The notes under the pieces were generated by a model. It worked only from the letters and a program-made list of their open reading frames with translations, did not search any database and was not told the origin of the DNA. A program made the translations under genes and the position numbers. A DNA stretch of 64,000 bases from Rhodospirillaceae bacterium. Its GTDB lineage: Bacteria > Pseudomonadota > Gammaproteobacteria > Steroidobacterales > Rariloculaceae. Positions 47,584 to 57,484 of the stretch are shown here, in pieces. The DNA lies in NCBI GenBank assembly GCA_024640695.1, contig JAHEEM010000001.1, forward strand, positions 11,725 to 75,724, written 5' to 3'. Every line of letters begins with the position of its first letter. Position 1 is the first letter of the stretch.

Positions 47584-47598
47584 TAGCGATGCTTTGTA

Positions 47599-47624
47599 GG
47601 GCGCTCCGCGGCGCGCCCCTTTTT
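47599..47624 (+). terminator. terminator-like hairpin plus T-run in the glyQS 5' region
   Basis: GGGCGC (47599-47604) pairs with GCGCCC (47613-47618) over an 8-nt loop and is followed by CTTTTT. It ends 57 nt before the glyQS ATG. Confidence 0.4.
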
Positions 47625-47680
47625 GCTGCGTTCGTCGTTATACTTGCGCGCTCCGCGTGGCCGCCGCCAGGAACAACGAC

Positions 47681-49234
47681 ATGGATTTGATGGAGAAGCT
47701 CGTCTCGCTCTGTAAGCGGCGCGGCTACATATTTCCGTCCAGCGAGATTTATGGGGGGCTCAACGGCTGCTGGGACTATGGCCCACTCGGCGTCGAGCTC
47801 AAACGCAACATCAAGAATGCCTGGTGGCAAGACATGATCAGCCACCACGACGAAACCGCAGCCCCGGGTTCGGCGCCTGGTAGCTTCGGCATGGTCGGTC
47901 TGGATTGCTCAATTCTCATGAATCCGACCGTATGGCAGGCCAGCGGTCACGTCGGCGGCTTCAATGATCCGATGGTCGACTGCCGCGAGACGAAGAGCCG
48001 GTACCGGGCCGACCAGCTCGTCGTCTACCGGCTGCTCGCCGCGGATTCAGTCCCGGCGACGCTCGCGGACGAGGAGCTGCTGTACGCCGCCCCGGGCGAG
48101 GTCGGCAAGACAGCCGAAGCCGATCTGATCCAGCCGCATCGTAAGCATGTGGAGAGCCTGCGCAAGAAACTCGGGGAGCTGCGCCTCGAGCCGGTCCTGG
48201 ATGCCCTCTCGGACGCCTCGCTGCGCGCGCGCGTGCTCGCGCCCGGCGCAAAGGAACCGGGCTCGCTCACGGCACCGCGCGCCTTCAACCTGATGTTCAA
48301 GACGAATGTCGGGGCGATGGAGAATAACTCCAGCATTGCATACCTGCGCCCAGAGACAGCGCAGGGCATCTTCGTTAACTTCAAGAGCGTCTGCGACACG
48401 ACCCGGGTGAGGGTCCCGTTCGGGATCGGGCAAATCGGCAAAGCCTTCAGAAACGAGATCAACCCGCGAAACTTTACGTTTCGCAGCCGGGAATTCGAGC
48501 AGATGGAAATCGAGTTCTTCTGCCGCCCCGAGGAAGCTGACGACTGGTACCGTTACTGGCGCGACCGGCGTTTTCAATGGTACATCGGTCTCGGGCTCTC
48601 GACCGAGCGCTTGCATTTGCGCGAACACGATCGCGACGAGCTTGCGCATTACGCGTCCGACTGCGCGGATGTCGAGTACGCGTTTCCATTCGGCCTCAGC
48701 GAGCTCGAAGGGATCGCCAACCGCACGGACTTCGATCTTCGCCAGCACATGGAGGCTAGCGGCAAGGATCTGCGTTACTTCGACGACCAGGAGCCCGATG
48801 CCGACAAGCGTCGGTATCTGCCCTACGTGATCGAACCTTCCGCCGGGGCGGATCGCGCGGCACTGGCGTTTCTCTGCGAGGCCTATTGCGAGGATGAGAT
48901 CGGCGGAGAGACTCGGACAGTGCTCAAGCTGCATCCGCGGCTCGCGCCGATCAAGGTAGCTGTCTTCCCGCTCGTTAAGAAGGACGGTATGCCTGAACGA
49001 GCGCTGAGCCTGTATCGCGCACTGCGAACCCAGTTCAACGCATTCTATGACGAGAAAGGAGCCATCGGGCGACGCTATCGACGCCAGGACGAGGCCGGCA
49101 CGCCTTACTGCGTCACGGTCGACGGCCAAACGGCCGACGACGGGACAGTCACGCTGCGCGAACGCGATAGCTGCGAGCAGCAGCGACTGCCAATAGACGC
49201 TATTGCCGCTTTCCTCGCCGCACGGATGAGCTAG
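47681..49234 (+). CDS. glyQS: glycine--tRNA ligase, single-chain dimeric (GlyQS) type
   Basis: The product starts MDLMEKLVSLCKRRGYIFPSSEIYGG. It has class II motifs (FRNEISPR-like FRNEINPR, GADR) and a C-terminal anticodon-binding domain. The ATG at 47681 has AGGA 8 nt upstream. The track ORF starts at a GTG at 47657. Confidence 0.92.
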   Translation: MDLMEKLVSLCKRRGYIFPSSEIYGGLNGCWDYGPLGVELKRNIKNAWWQDMISHHDETAAPGSAPGSFGMVGLDCSILMNPTVWQASGHVGGFNDPMVDCRETKSRYRADQLVVYRLLAADSVPATLADEELLYAAPGEVGKTAEADLIQPHRKHVESLRKKLGELRLEPVLDALSDASLRARVLAPGAKEPGSLTAPRAFNLMFKTNVGAMENNSSIAYLRPETAQGIFVNFKSVCDTTRVRVPFGIGQIGKAFRNEINPRNFTFRSREFEQMEIEFFCRPEEADDWYRYWRDRRFQWYIGLGLSTERLHLREHDRDELAHYASDCADVEYAFPFGLSELEGIANRTDFDLRQHMEASGKDLRYFDDQEPDADKRRYLPYVIEPSAGADRAALAFLCEAYCEDEIGGETRTVLKLHPRLAPIKVAVFPLVKKDGMPERALSLYRALRTQFNAFYDEKGAIGRRYRRQDEAGTPYCVTVDGQTADDGTVTLRERDSCEQQRLPIDAIAAFLAARMS

Positions 49235-49266
49235 GCTACCGCGCTCGCACAGCGTCGCTCTCGAGG

Positions 49267-49827
49267 ATGTCCGCAACCCGCAAGTTCATCGTTCTCGACC
49301 GCGACGGCGTCATCAACTACGACTCCGACGACTACATCAAATCCGCTGACGAGTGGCGTCCGTTGCCTGGGAGCATCGACGCGATTGCGCGTTTGTGCGC
49401 GGCCGGTTATCGAGTCGCCGTCATATCCAATCAATCCGGTATCGGGCGCGGGCTCTTTGAAATATCGGCGCTCAAGTGCATCCATGCGAAGATGATAGCG
49501 AACATCGAGGCAGCCGGCGGGCAGCTTGCCGGAATCTATTACTGCCCGCATACACCAGACGATCGATGCGAGTGTCGCAAACCCAAGACCGGAATGCTGC
49601 GAGCGCTCGGCGCCGACCTTGCACTGTCGTCCTTCGAGGGCGTGCCGGTCATCGGTGACAAGGTCAGTGACCTGGAGCTCGCGCGCGCCGTCGGCGCGCG
49701 CGGCATCCTGGTACTAACAGGCAAAGGTGCTTGCGCCGCAGCTGCGCTGGGCGAAAAGGCGGACGCAGAAATCTATAAAGACCTCGCGGCGGCGGTGGAG
49801 GCGCTGTTGGCGCAGAGCCGCTCGTGA
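49267..49827 (+). CDS. gmhB: D-glycero-beta-D-manno-heptose-1,7-bisphosphate 7-phosphatase
   Basis: It has the HAD motif LDRDGVIN, the zinc-site pattern CPH...C.CRKP and SNQSGI. Confidence 0.88.
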   Translation: MSATRKFIVLDRDGVINYDSDDYIKSADEWRPLPGSIDAIARLCAAGYRVAVISNQSGIGRGLFEISALKCIHAKMIANIEAAGGQLAGIYYCPHTPDDRCECRKPKTGMLRALGADLALSSFEGVPVIGDKVSDLELARAVGARGILVLTGKGACAAAALGEKADAEIYKDLAAAVEALLAQSRS

Positions 49828-50552
49828 GCACCTTCCGCGAATGGGTCGGGTCGATGCTATTCACGGCCTATCTGTTTTTGTCCGTTCCTGTCTTTGCTTG
49901 CGGGGTCTTCGTGGCACCCTTGTTACCGATCGTCACGGCATATGCTGTTGCTAGAGTCTGGGCGGCTTCCGTTCTGGTCATGCTGAAGTTGCTGTGTAGG
50001 CTCGACTACCAGGTCGATGGACTCGAACATCTGCGTGGCGAGAATTGTGTGGTCTTGCTCAAGCATTCATCCGCCTGGGAAACCATTGCGCAGTTCGTGA
50101 TCTTTCCTCGGCAGACCTGGGTAATGAAGCGGGAGCTGCTGTGGATGCCGATCCTCGGCTGGGTACTGTTGTTGTTGAAGCCCATCGCTATCAATCGCAA
50201 GGGCGGCCGCAACGCTGTCGAGCAGGTGCTGCGACAGGGGCAAGCTCGTCTTGGCGAGGGCTACTGGGTCATGATTTTTCCAGAAGGCACGCGCGTGGCC
50301 GTAGGTGAGAAGCGCCGCTATGGCATCAGCGGCGCGCTGCTTGCCACGACGACAGCACGCGACGTCATACCCGTAGCTCATAATGCCGGCTGGTACTGGC
50401 CGCGGCGTGGGCTGCGTAAGCGCGCCGGGACGATACGCATAGCGATCGGGCCGCGCATTCCAACGGCGGGTAAGCAAGCACGCGCTATCAACGCAGAGGT
50501 CGAAGCCTGGATCGACGCCAAACTCGGCCAGATCGACGCGATGCGTGACTAA
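49824..50552 (+). CDS. 1-acyl-sn-glycerol-3-phosphate (lysophospholipid) acyltransferase
   Basis: It has an N-terminal TM region, acyltransferase block I LKHSSAWET and block III FPEGTR. It overlaps gmhB by 4 nt. Its stop directly abuts the gyrB stop. Confidence 0.8.
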   Translation: MSTFREWVGSMLFTAYLFLSVPVFACGVFVAPLLPIVTAYAVARVWAASVLVMLKLLCRLDYQVDGLEHLRGENCVVLLKHSSAWETIAQFVIFPRQTWVMKRELLWMPILGWVLLLLKPIAINRKGGRNAVEQVLRQGQARLGEGYWVMIFPEGTRVAVGEKRRYGISGALLATTTARDVIPVAHNAGWYWPRRGLRKRAGTIRIAIGPRIPTAGKQARAINAEVEAWIDAKLGQIDAMRD

Positions 50553-52991
<2,439 letters not shown>

Positions 52992-52995
52992 TTAA

Positions 52996-54054
52996 TTATA
53001 ACACCGACCTGACCTGGCCTCGTTCCACGTGGAACACCGGGAATCCGGCGTCTGGCGGCAGCGCGGCCGTTGATAGGCCCGTCAAAATAAGCTGTGCTGG
53101 CAAGCTCTCCAATACTCGCATGAGGCTGCTAAAGGCCTCACTATCGAGCTCCGCGGCAGGATCGTCGACTAGCAACACACCGCCATCCCCGTGCTCGCCC
53201 GCAAAAACACGCACCTGGCTCAGAATTAGGGCCGCCGCTACGAGCTTCTGCTGACCGCGTGACGCTTCCTCTCGAACGCCGTGATCGTCCATCACGATAC
53301 CGAGATCGGCACGATGCGGGCCGACCTGCGTTGCACCCAGACCTCGATCGCGCTGCTGAGATGCCCGAAGCGCTTCCGCCAGACTAAGGCCAGCTGACCA
53401 GCCTCGCCGGTAGCTGAGCACCAATCGCCGTCCAGTGAGCGTTGCTCCAATCTCCGCTACGACGGGCCCGAGGTGGTCAAAATACCGGGAACGAGCACCA
53501 TCGACTGCCGCCCCGGCCTCGACGAAGGCCGTATCCCAGGCCGCCGTTCCCTGTCCCTGCTTCAGTGCTGCGTTGCGTTGCCCCAGGACGCGTCGGTACC
53601 GACGCCAAGCCTCCAAAAACCCCTGTTCCACGTGGAACACACCCCAATCCAGAAATCGGCGCCGTTTGCTCGGCCCCCCCTCGATCAATTGGTGGCTTGT
53701 CGGCTCGATGACATGCACAGGCAATGTCCGCGCGAGCTCAGCGATACCAACGGCGCTGCTGCCATCGAGTCGCGTCTCAAGACCCGCGGCACTGAGCTTG
53801 ACGCCGAGCCGATGCCGGTGCGCCGTGACCGTGGATTCACCGTAGACGGTTAAGCCCTCCTGGCCATGTCGGATGAGGCGCTTGTTCTGGCGGGTCCGGA
53901 AAGATCTACCGCGACCAAGAAGGTATATGGCCTCGAGCAGGCTCGTCTTACCGGCACCATTCTGGCCGAAAACGTAGTTGCGGTGTTTGCTTAGACCGAG
54001 CTCTGCCTGCTCTATGCAGCGAAAGTTCTCGATGCGTACCAGCTCAAGCGGCAC
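52996..54054 (-). CDS. recF: DNA replication and repair protein RecF
   Basis: It has Walker A GQNGAGKTSLLEA, the signature region SRGQQKL and LLVDDPAAELD. Confidence 0.93.
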   Translation of the reverse strand: MPLELVRIENFRCIEQAELGLSKHRNYVFGQNGAGKTSLLEAIYLLGRGRSFRTRQNKRLIRHGQEGLTVYGESTVTAHRHRLGVKLSAAGLETRLDGSSAVGIAELARTLPVHVIEPTSHQLIEGGPSKRRRFLDWGVFHVEQGFLEAWRRYRRVLGQRNAALKQGQGTAAWDTAFVEAGAAVDGARSRYFDHLGPVVAEIGATLTGRRLVLSYRRGWSAGLSLAEALRASQQRDRGLGATQVGPHRADLGIVMDDHGVREEASRGQQKLVAAALILSQVRVFAGEHGDGGVLLVDDPAAELDSEAFSSLMRVLESLPAQLILTGLSTAALPPDAGFPVFHVERGQVRSVL

Positions 54055-54080
54055 GTTGGTTGATCGACCCTCTGAGGGGC

Positions 54081-55178
54081 CTATAACCGCATTGGCATCA
54101 CGACAAAGCGGCTTTCCTGCTCCCCTGGCGCTTTTATTAGACAGCTGGCATTCGGATCGCTGAGCGCAAGCTCGACTTCGTCCGAGTCCACGGCGCTGAG
54201 GGCGTCGAGTAAGTAATTGACGTTGAAACCAATTTCCATGACCTCGCCGCCATACACAACTTCCAGCTCCTCCTCTGCCTCCTCCTGCTCGGGGTTATTC
54301 GCCTGCATCGTAATCTTGTTCTCGTCGAGCGCGAGTCTCACACCCCGGTACTTCTCATTCGACAGGATAGCCGCCCTCTGTAATCCGGCTCGCAGCGACG
54401 TTCGGTCAGCCTGCACGACGTTCCCCGGGTCTTTTGGTACGACCCGCTCGTAGTCCGGGAAGCGGCCATCGATAAGCTTCGATGTGAACCGTATCTGATC
54501 CGTTTCAACTCGCAGATGGTTCGCGCCGATGGTCACGGTCACGGGACCTTCCCCATCGATCAGTCGAAGCAACTCCAAGACGCCCTTGCGCGGCACGATC
54601 ACCTGCGTGCCGCGGCCTGCCGACTCCTGCAGGGTTATTTCAGACAGCGCCAGACGATGCCCATCCGTAGCCACCGCGCGCAACGTATTTCCATCGGTCT
54701 CCAACATGAGCCCGTTCAAGTAGTAACGAACATCCTGCTGCGCCATGGAGAATTGGGTCTTCTCGAGCAAGCGTTTGAGCCCCTGTCGGTCGATTGTCAG
54801 GCTCTGCTGCACAGCAACCTCGTCAACCGTTGGAAAATCAGCCGCTCGAAGGGTAGTGAGCGTGAACCGACTACGTCCAGCCTTCAATGTCGCCTTGCCG
54901 CCGCTCAACGACAGCTCGACAAGCGCCCCCTCTGGTAGGGCGCGGCAGATATCGTAGAGCTTGCGACCCGGCACCGTGATCTCCCCCGGCACCGCTACGT
55001 CAACCTCCGCCTCGGCCCTGAGCTCCACCTCCAGATCCGTGGCTGTCAGCATTACCTTGCCGTTTTGTGCAGCCAACAGCACGTGTCCTAGGATCGGCAT
55101 CGTCTGGCGCCGTTCGACAACACCGATGACCGCACTGAGCGGCTTGAGGATTGTTTCCCGTGTAGCGCTGAACTTCAT
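54081..55178 (-). CDS. dnaN: DNA polymerase III beta sliding clamp
   Basis: The product starts MKF...RETILKPL with a three-domain clamp pattern, and ends VVMPMRL. Confidence 0.95.
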   Translation of the reverse strand: MKFSATRETILKPLSAVIGVVERRQTMPILGHVLLAAQNGKVMLTATDLEVELRAEAEVDVAVPGEITVPGRKLYDICRALPEGALVELSLSGGKATLKAGRSRFTLTTLRAADFPTVDEVAVQQSLTIDRQGLKRLLEKTQFSMAQQDVRYYLNGLMLETDGNTLRAVATDGHRLALSEITLQESAGRGTQVIVPRKGVLELLRLIDGEGPVTVTIGANHLRVETDQIRFTSKLIDGRFPDYERVVPKDPGNVVQADRTSLRAGLQRAAILSNEKYRGVRLALDENKITMQANNPEQEEAEEELEVVYGGEVMEIGFNVNYLLDALSAVDSDEVELALSDPNASCLIKAPGEQESRFVVMPMRL

Positions 55179-55388
55179 GTCGCTCTGTACCTATTGGATA
55201 TATTAGATATATGTATTAAAGAGAATCTACTATTATTATTAGACTAGGCCTCATCTGGGGAAAAGCCAATAATATATATATAAATCAGTGACTTAAAGAA
55301 TTCATAAGACGGCGTTCAACCACGCCGCCAAGCTGGGGATAACATGTGTGTCATTTCGGCCTGCATTATCATCCACAGCTTATCCCCA
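55179..55388. other. candidate chromosomal replication origin element (AT-rich DUE plus DnaA-box cluster) in the dnaA-dnaN spacer
   Basis: By my count 55191..55310 holds 32 G+C in 120 nt (about 27% GC) in an otherwise GC-rich window. Near-consensus DnaA boxes lie at 55334..55342 (TGGGGATAA), 55369..55377 (TCATCCACA) and 55380..55388 (TTATCCCCA), each one mismatch from TTATCCACA. Confidence 0.55.
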
Positions 55389-56717
55389 TCACCCCGTCAA
55401 GGTTCTGAACAGGTTCTTGTAGTCCTCGAGCACCCGCGTTTCGGTCTCCCGCAGCAGCTTTACGCGGCGGCAAGCATGGAGGACGGTCGTATGATCCCGG
55501 CCGCCGAAGGCGTCGCCAATTTCTGGCAGGCTGTGCGTCGTGAGCTCTTTCGCCAGCGCCATCGCTATTTGCCGTGGCCGGGTAATCGATCGGTTACGAC
55601 GCTTGGAGAGCAGGTCGGCAACCCTGATCTTGAAGTATTCGGCAACGGTTTTCTGAATGTTGCTGATCGTGACCAGCTTGTCCTGGGCGGCTAACAGATC
55701 GCGCAGAGCGTCCTTGGTAAATTCGAGGGTAATCGGCTGGCCCGTGAAGCGTGAATTGGCGATAACTCGCCGAAGCGCCCCTTCAAGCTCCCGCACGTTC
55801 GATCGAATACGTTTGGCGATGAAGAATGCGACCTCGTCCGGCAGAAAGTGCCCTTCGGCGGACGCTTTGCTCATCAGGATCGCGACACTGGTCTCCAGCT
55901 CCGGTGGTTCGATGGCCACGGTCAGGCCCCACCCGAACCGTGATTTAAGACGTTCCTCGAGCCCAGAGACTTCTTTGGGGTAGCGGTCACAGGTCAGGAT
56001 GATTTGCCGCTGACCTTCTAGTAAAGCATTGAAAGTATGAAAGAATTCTTCTTGAGACCGATCTTTACCGGCAAAGAACTGTATATCGTCGATCAGCAGG
56101 GCGTCCAGTGTGCGGTAGCTGCGTTTGAACTCCGCGATTGTGTTGTGCTGCAAGCCACGCACCATATCCCCGACGAAGCGTTCGGAGTGAATATAGGCGA
56201 CGCGCATGCTCGGGTCCCGGCTCAAAATCTCGTTGCCCACGGCATGCATGAGATGCGTCTTCCCGAGACCGACTCCACCATAGATGAACAGAGGGTTATA
56301 GGCCAGGCCGGGGTTGGCGCTTACCTGCACCGCCGCTGCACGAGCGAGCTGATTGCTTTTTCCCTCGACGAAATTTTCGAATGTAAAAGCCGCATTGAGC
56401 CTTCCACCGGGAAGCAGGCGGGGCTGCGGCTGACTACCCGGAGTGACGGGCGCTGGGGCGACCAGTGGTGGTCGACGGCTACCGACCTCCAGAAACACGG
56501 GCAGTGGTGCCGCGGCGGCAATGATGAGGGGCAGGCAGTTCTCCTGAACCCAGTCGATCACGAAGCGGTTCGGGGCAAGCAGCCGCAAGGCGCGATCTTC
56601 TTCAATCGCCTGCAAGGGCCGTACCCAGGTGTTGAACTGCTGCTCGGACAACTCGTTACGCAGTGCCCGAAGACACTGGTCCCAGATAGATGCATGCGCG
56701 GCTGAGTTGACTGTCAC
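55389..56717 (-). CDS. dnaA: chromosomal replication initiator protein DnaA
   Basis: The start is GTG. It has IWDQCL...FNTWVRPLQ, the AAA+ motif [13 protein letters not shown] and a C-terminal DNA-binding domain ([11 protein letters not shown]). Confidence 0.96.
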   Translation of the reverse strand: MTVNSAAHASIWDQCLRALRNELSEQQFNTWVRPLQAIEEDRALRLLAPNRFVIDWVQENCLPLIIAAAAPLPVFLEVGSRRPPLVAPAPVTPGSQPQPRLLPGGRLNAAFTFENFVEGKSNQLARAAAVQVSANPGLAYNPLFIYGGVGLGKTHLMHAVGNEILSRDPSMRVAYIHSERFVGDMVRGLQHNTIAEFKRSYRTLDALLIDDIQFFAGKDRSQEEFFHTFNALLEGQRQIILTCDRYPKEVSGLEERLKSRFGWGLTVAIEPPELETSVAILMSKASAEGHFLPDEVAFFIAKRIRSNVRELEGALRRVIANSRFTGQPITLEFTKDALRDLLAAQDKLVTISNIQKTVAEYFKIRVADLLSKRRNRSITRPRQIAMALAKELTTHSLPEIGDAFGGRDHTTVLHACRRVKLLRETETRVLEDYKNLFRTLTG

Positions 56718-56815
56718 AGTCGTACTTGTTGGATAGGCTGGTCGATTACTAATGGTTTTGCGAGCCGAGGGGACCCCTCGAATCGTCTCGTGAGTCTATA
56801 CCGCCAGCGGCCCAG

Positions 56816-56824
56816 TTATCCACA
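56816..56824 (+). promoter_or_regulatory. perfect DnaA box TTATCCACA in the rpmH-dnaA spacer
   Basis: This is an exact match to the consensus 9-mer, about 100 nt upstream of the dnaA start. It is a likely autoregulatory site or a second origin arm. Confidence 0.6.
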
Positions 56825-56954
56825 ACTTCATGGATGACGGCTACTATTGACACTCCCTGCCACCGCGCGTACAGTTCGCTGCTCGCGCGCATCCGCACAT
56901 CTCTTTGTTTTGCCTAGAACTTTTTGATGGACCACAACTCGGGTCGAGCCTGCT

Positions 56955-57089
56955 ATGAAACGCACCTACCAACCAAGCAATATCAAGCGCAGCCGGACCC
57001 ATGGCTTTCGAGCCCGTATGGCAACCAAGAGGGGTCGACAAGTAATCGCTCGACGCCGCGCCAAGGGCCGAGCGCGGTTGACACCCTAA
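56955..57089 (+). CDS. rpmH: 50S ribosomal protein L34
   Basis: The 44-codon ORF is below the track cutoff. [44 protein letters not shown] is the canonical L34 sequence. Confidence 0.93.
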   Translation: MKRTYQPSNIKRSRTHGFRARMATKRGRQVIARRRAKGRARLTP

Positions 57090-57118
57090 TAGAGCGCAGC
57101 GAGCTGGACGATGGCGCG

Positions 57119-57484
57119 GTGGCGCCGCGCGGCTTTTCACGTCTCCAACGACTTACACGACCCGGCGAGTACGGCCGAGTTTTCGGCGACTCGCAGCGCT
57201 CCTCCGATCGGCTATTCACCGTACTGGCCAGAAAGAATGATTGCTCTAGCCCGCGACTCGGCCTCGCCATCTCTAAGCGAGCAGCGAAGCTCGCCGTTCA
57301 AAGAAATCGACTCAAGCGTGTCGCCCGCGAGGTCTTCAGACTCCAGGTCGACCTGCCGGCGATGGACTTCGTCGTGTTGGCGCGGCCGGAAGCTAAGCAC
57401 GCACAGCTCAGTGAGCTACGTTCTAGTCTCGAAAAACACTTTGATCGGCTAGCGCGACGTTCGGGGTCTATGAGCCATGGATAA
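57119..57484 (+). CDS. rnpA: ribonuclease P protein component
   Basis: The in-frame GTG lies 30 nt after the rpmH stop. RLTRPGEYGRVF, LGLAISKR and AVQRNRLKRVAREVFR are typical RnpA motifs. The 3' end overlaps the yidC start by 8 nt. Confidence 0.85.
   Translation: MAPRGFSRLQRLTRPGEYGRVFGDSQRSSDRLFTVLARKNDCSSPRLGLAISKRAAKLAVQRNRLKRVAREVFRLQVDLPAMDFVVLARPEAKHAQLSELRSSLEKHFDRLARRSGSMSHG

Noticed and set aside
47440-47690. A T-box riboswitch upstream of glyQS.
   Set aside because: There is no match to the conserved T-box 14-mer. I could identify no AG bulge, distal loop or GGC specifier architecture, and the available leader is short. It is kept only as a generic attenuator-like observation in the findings.
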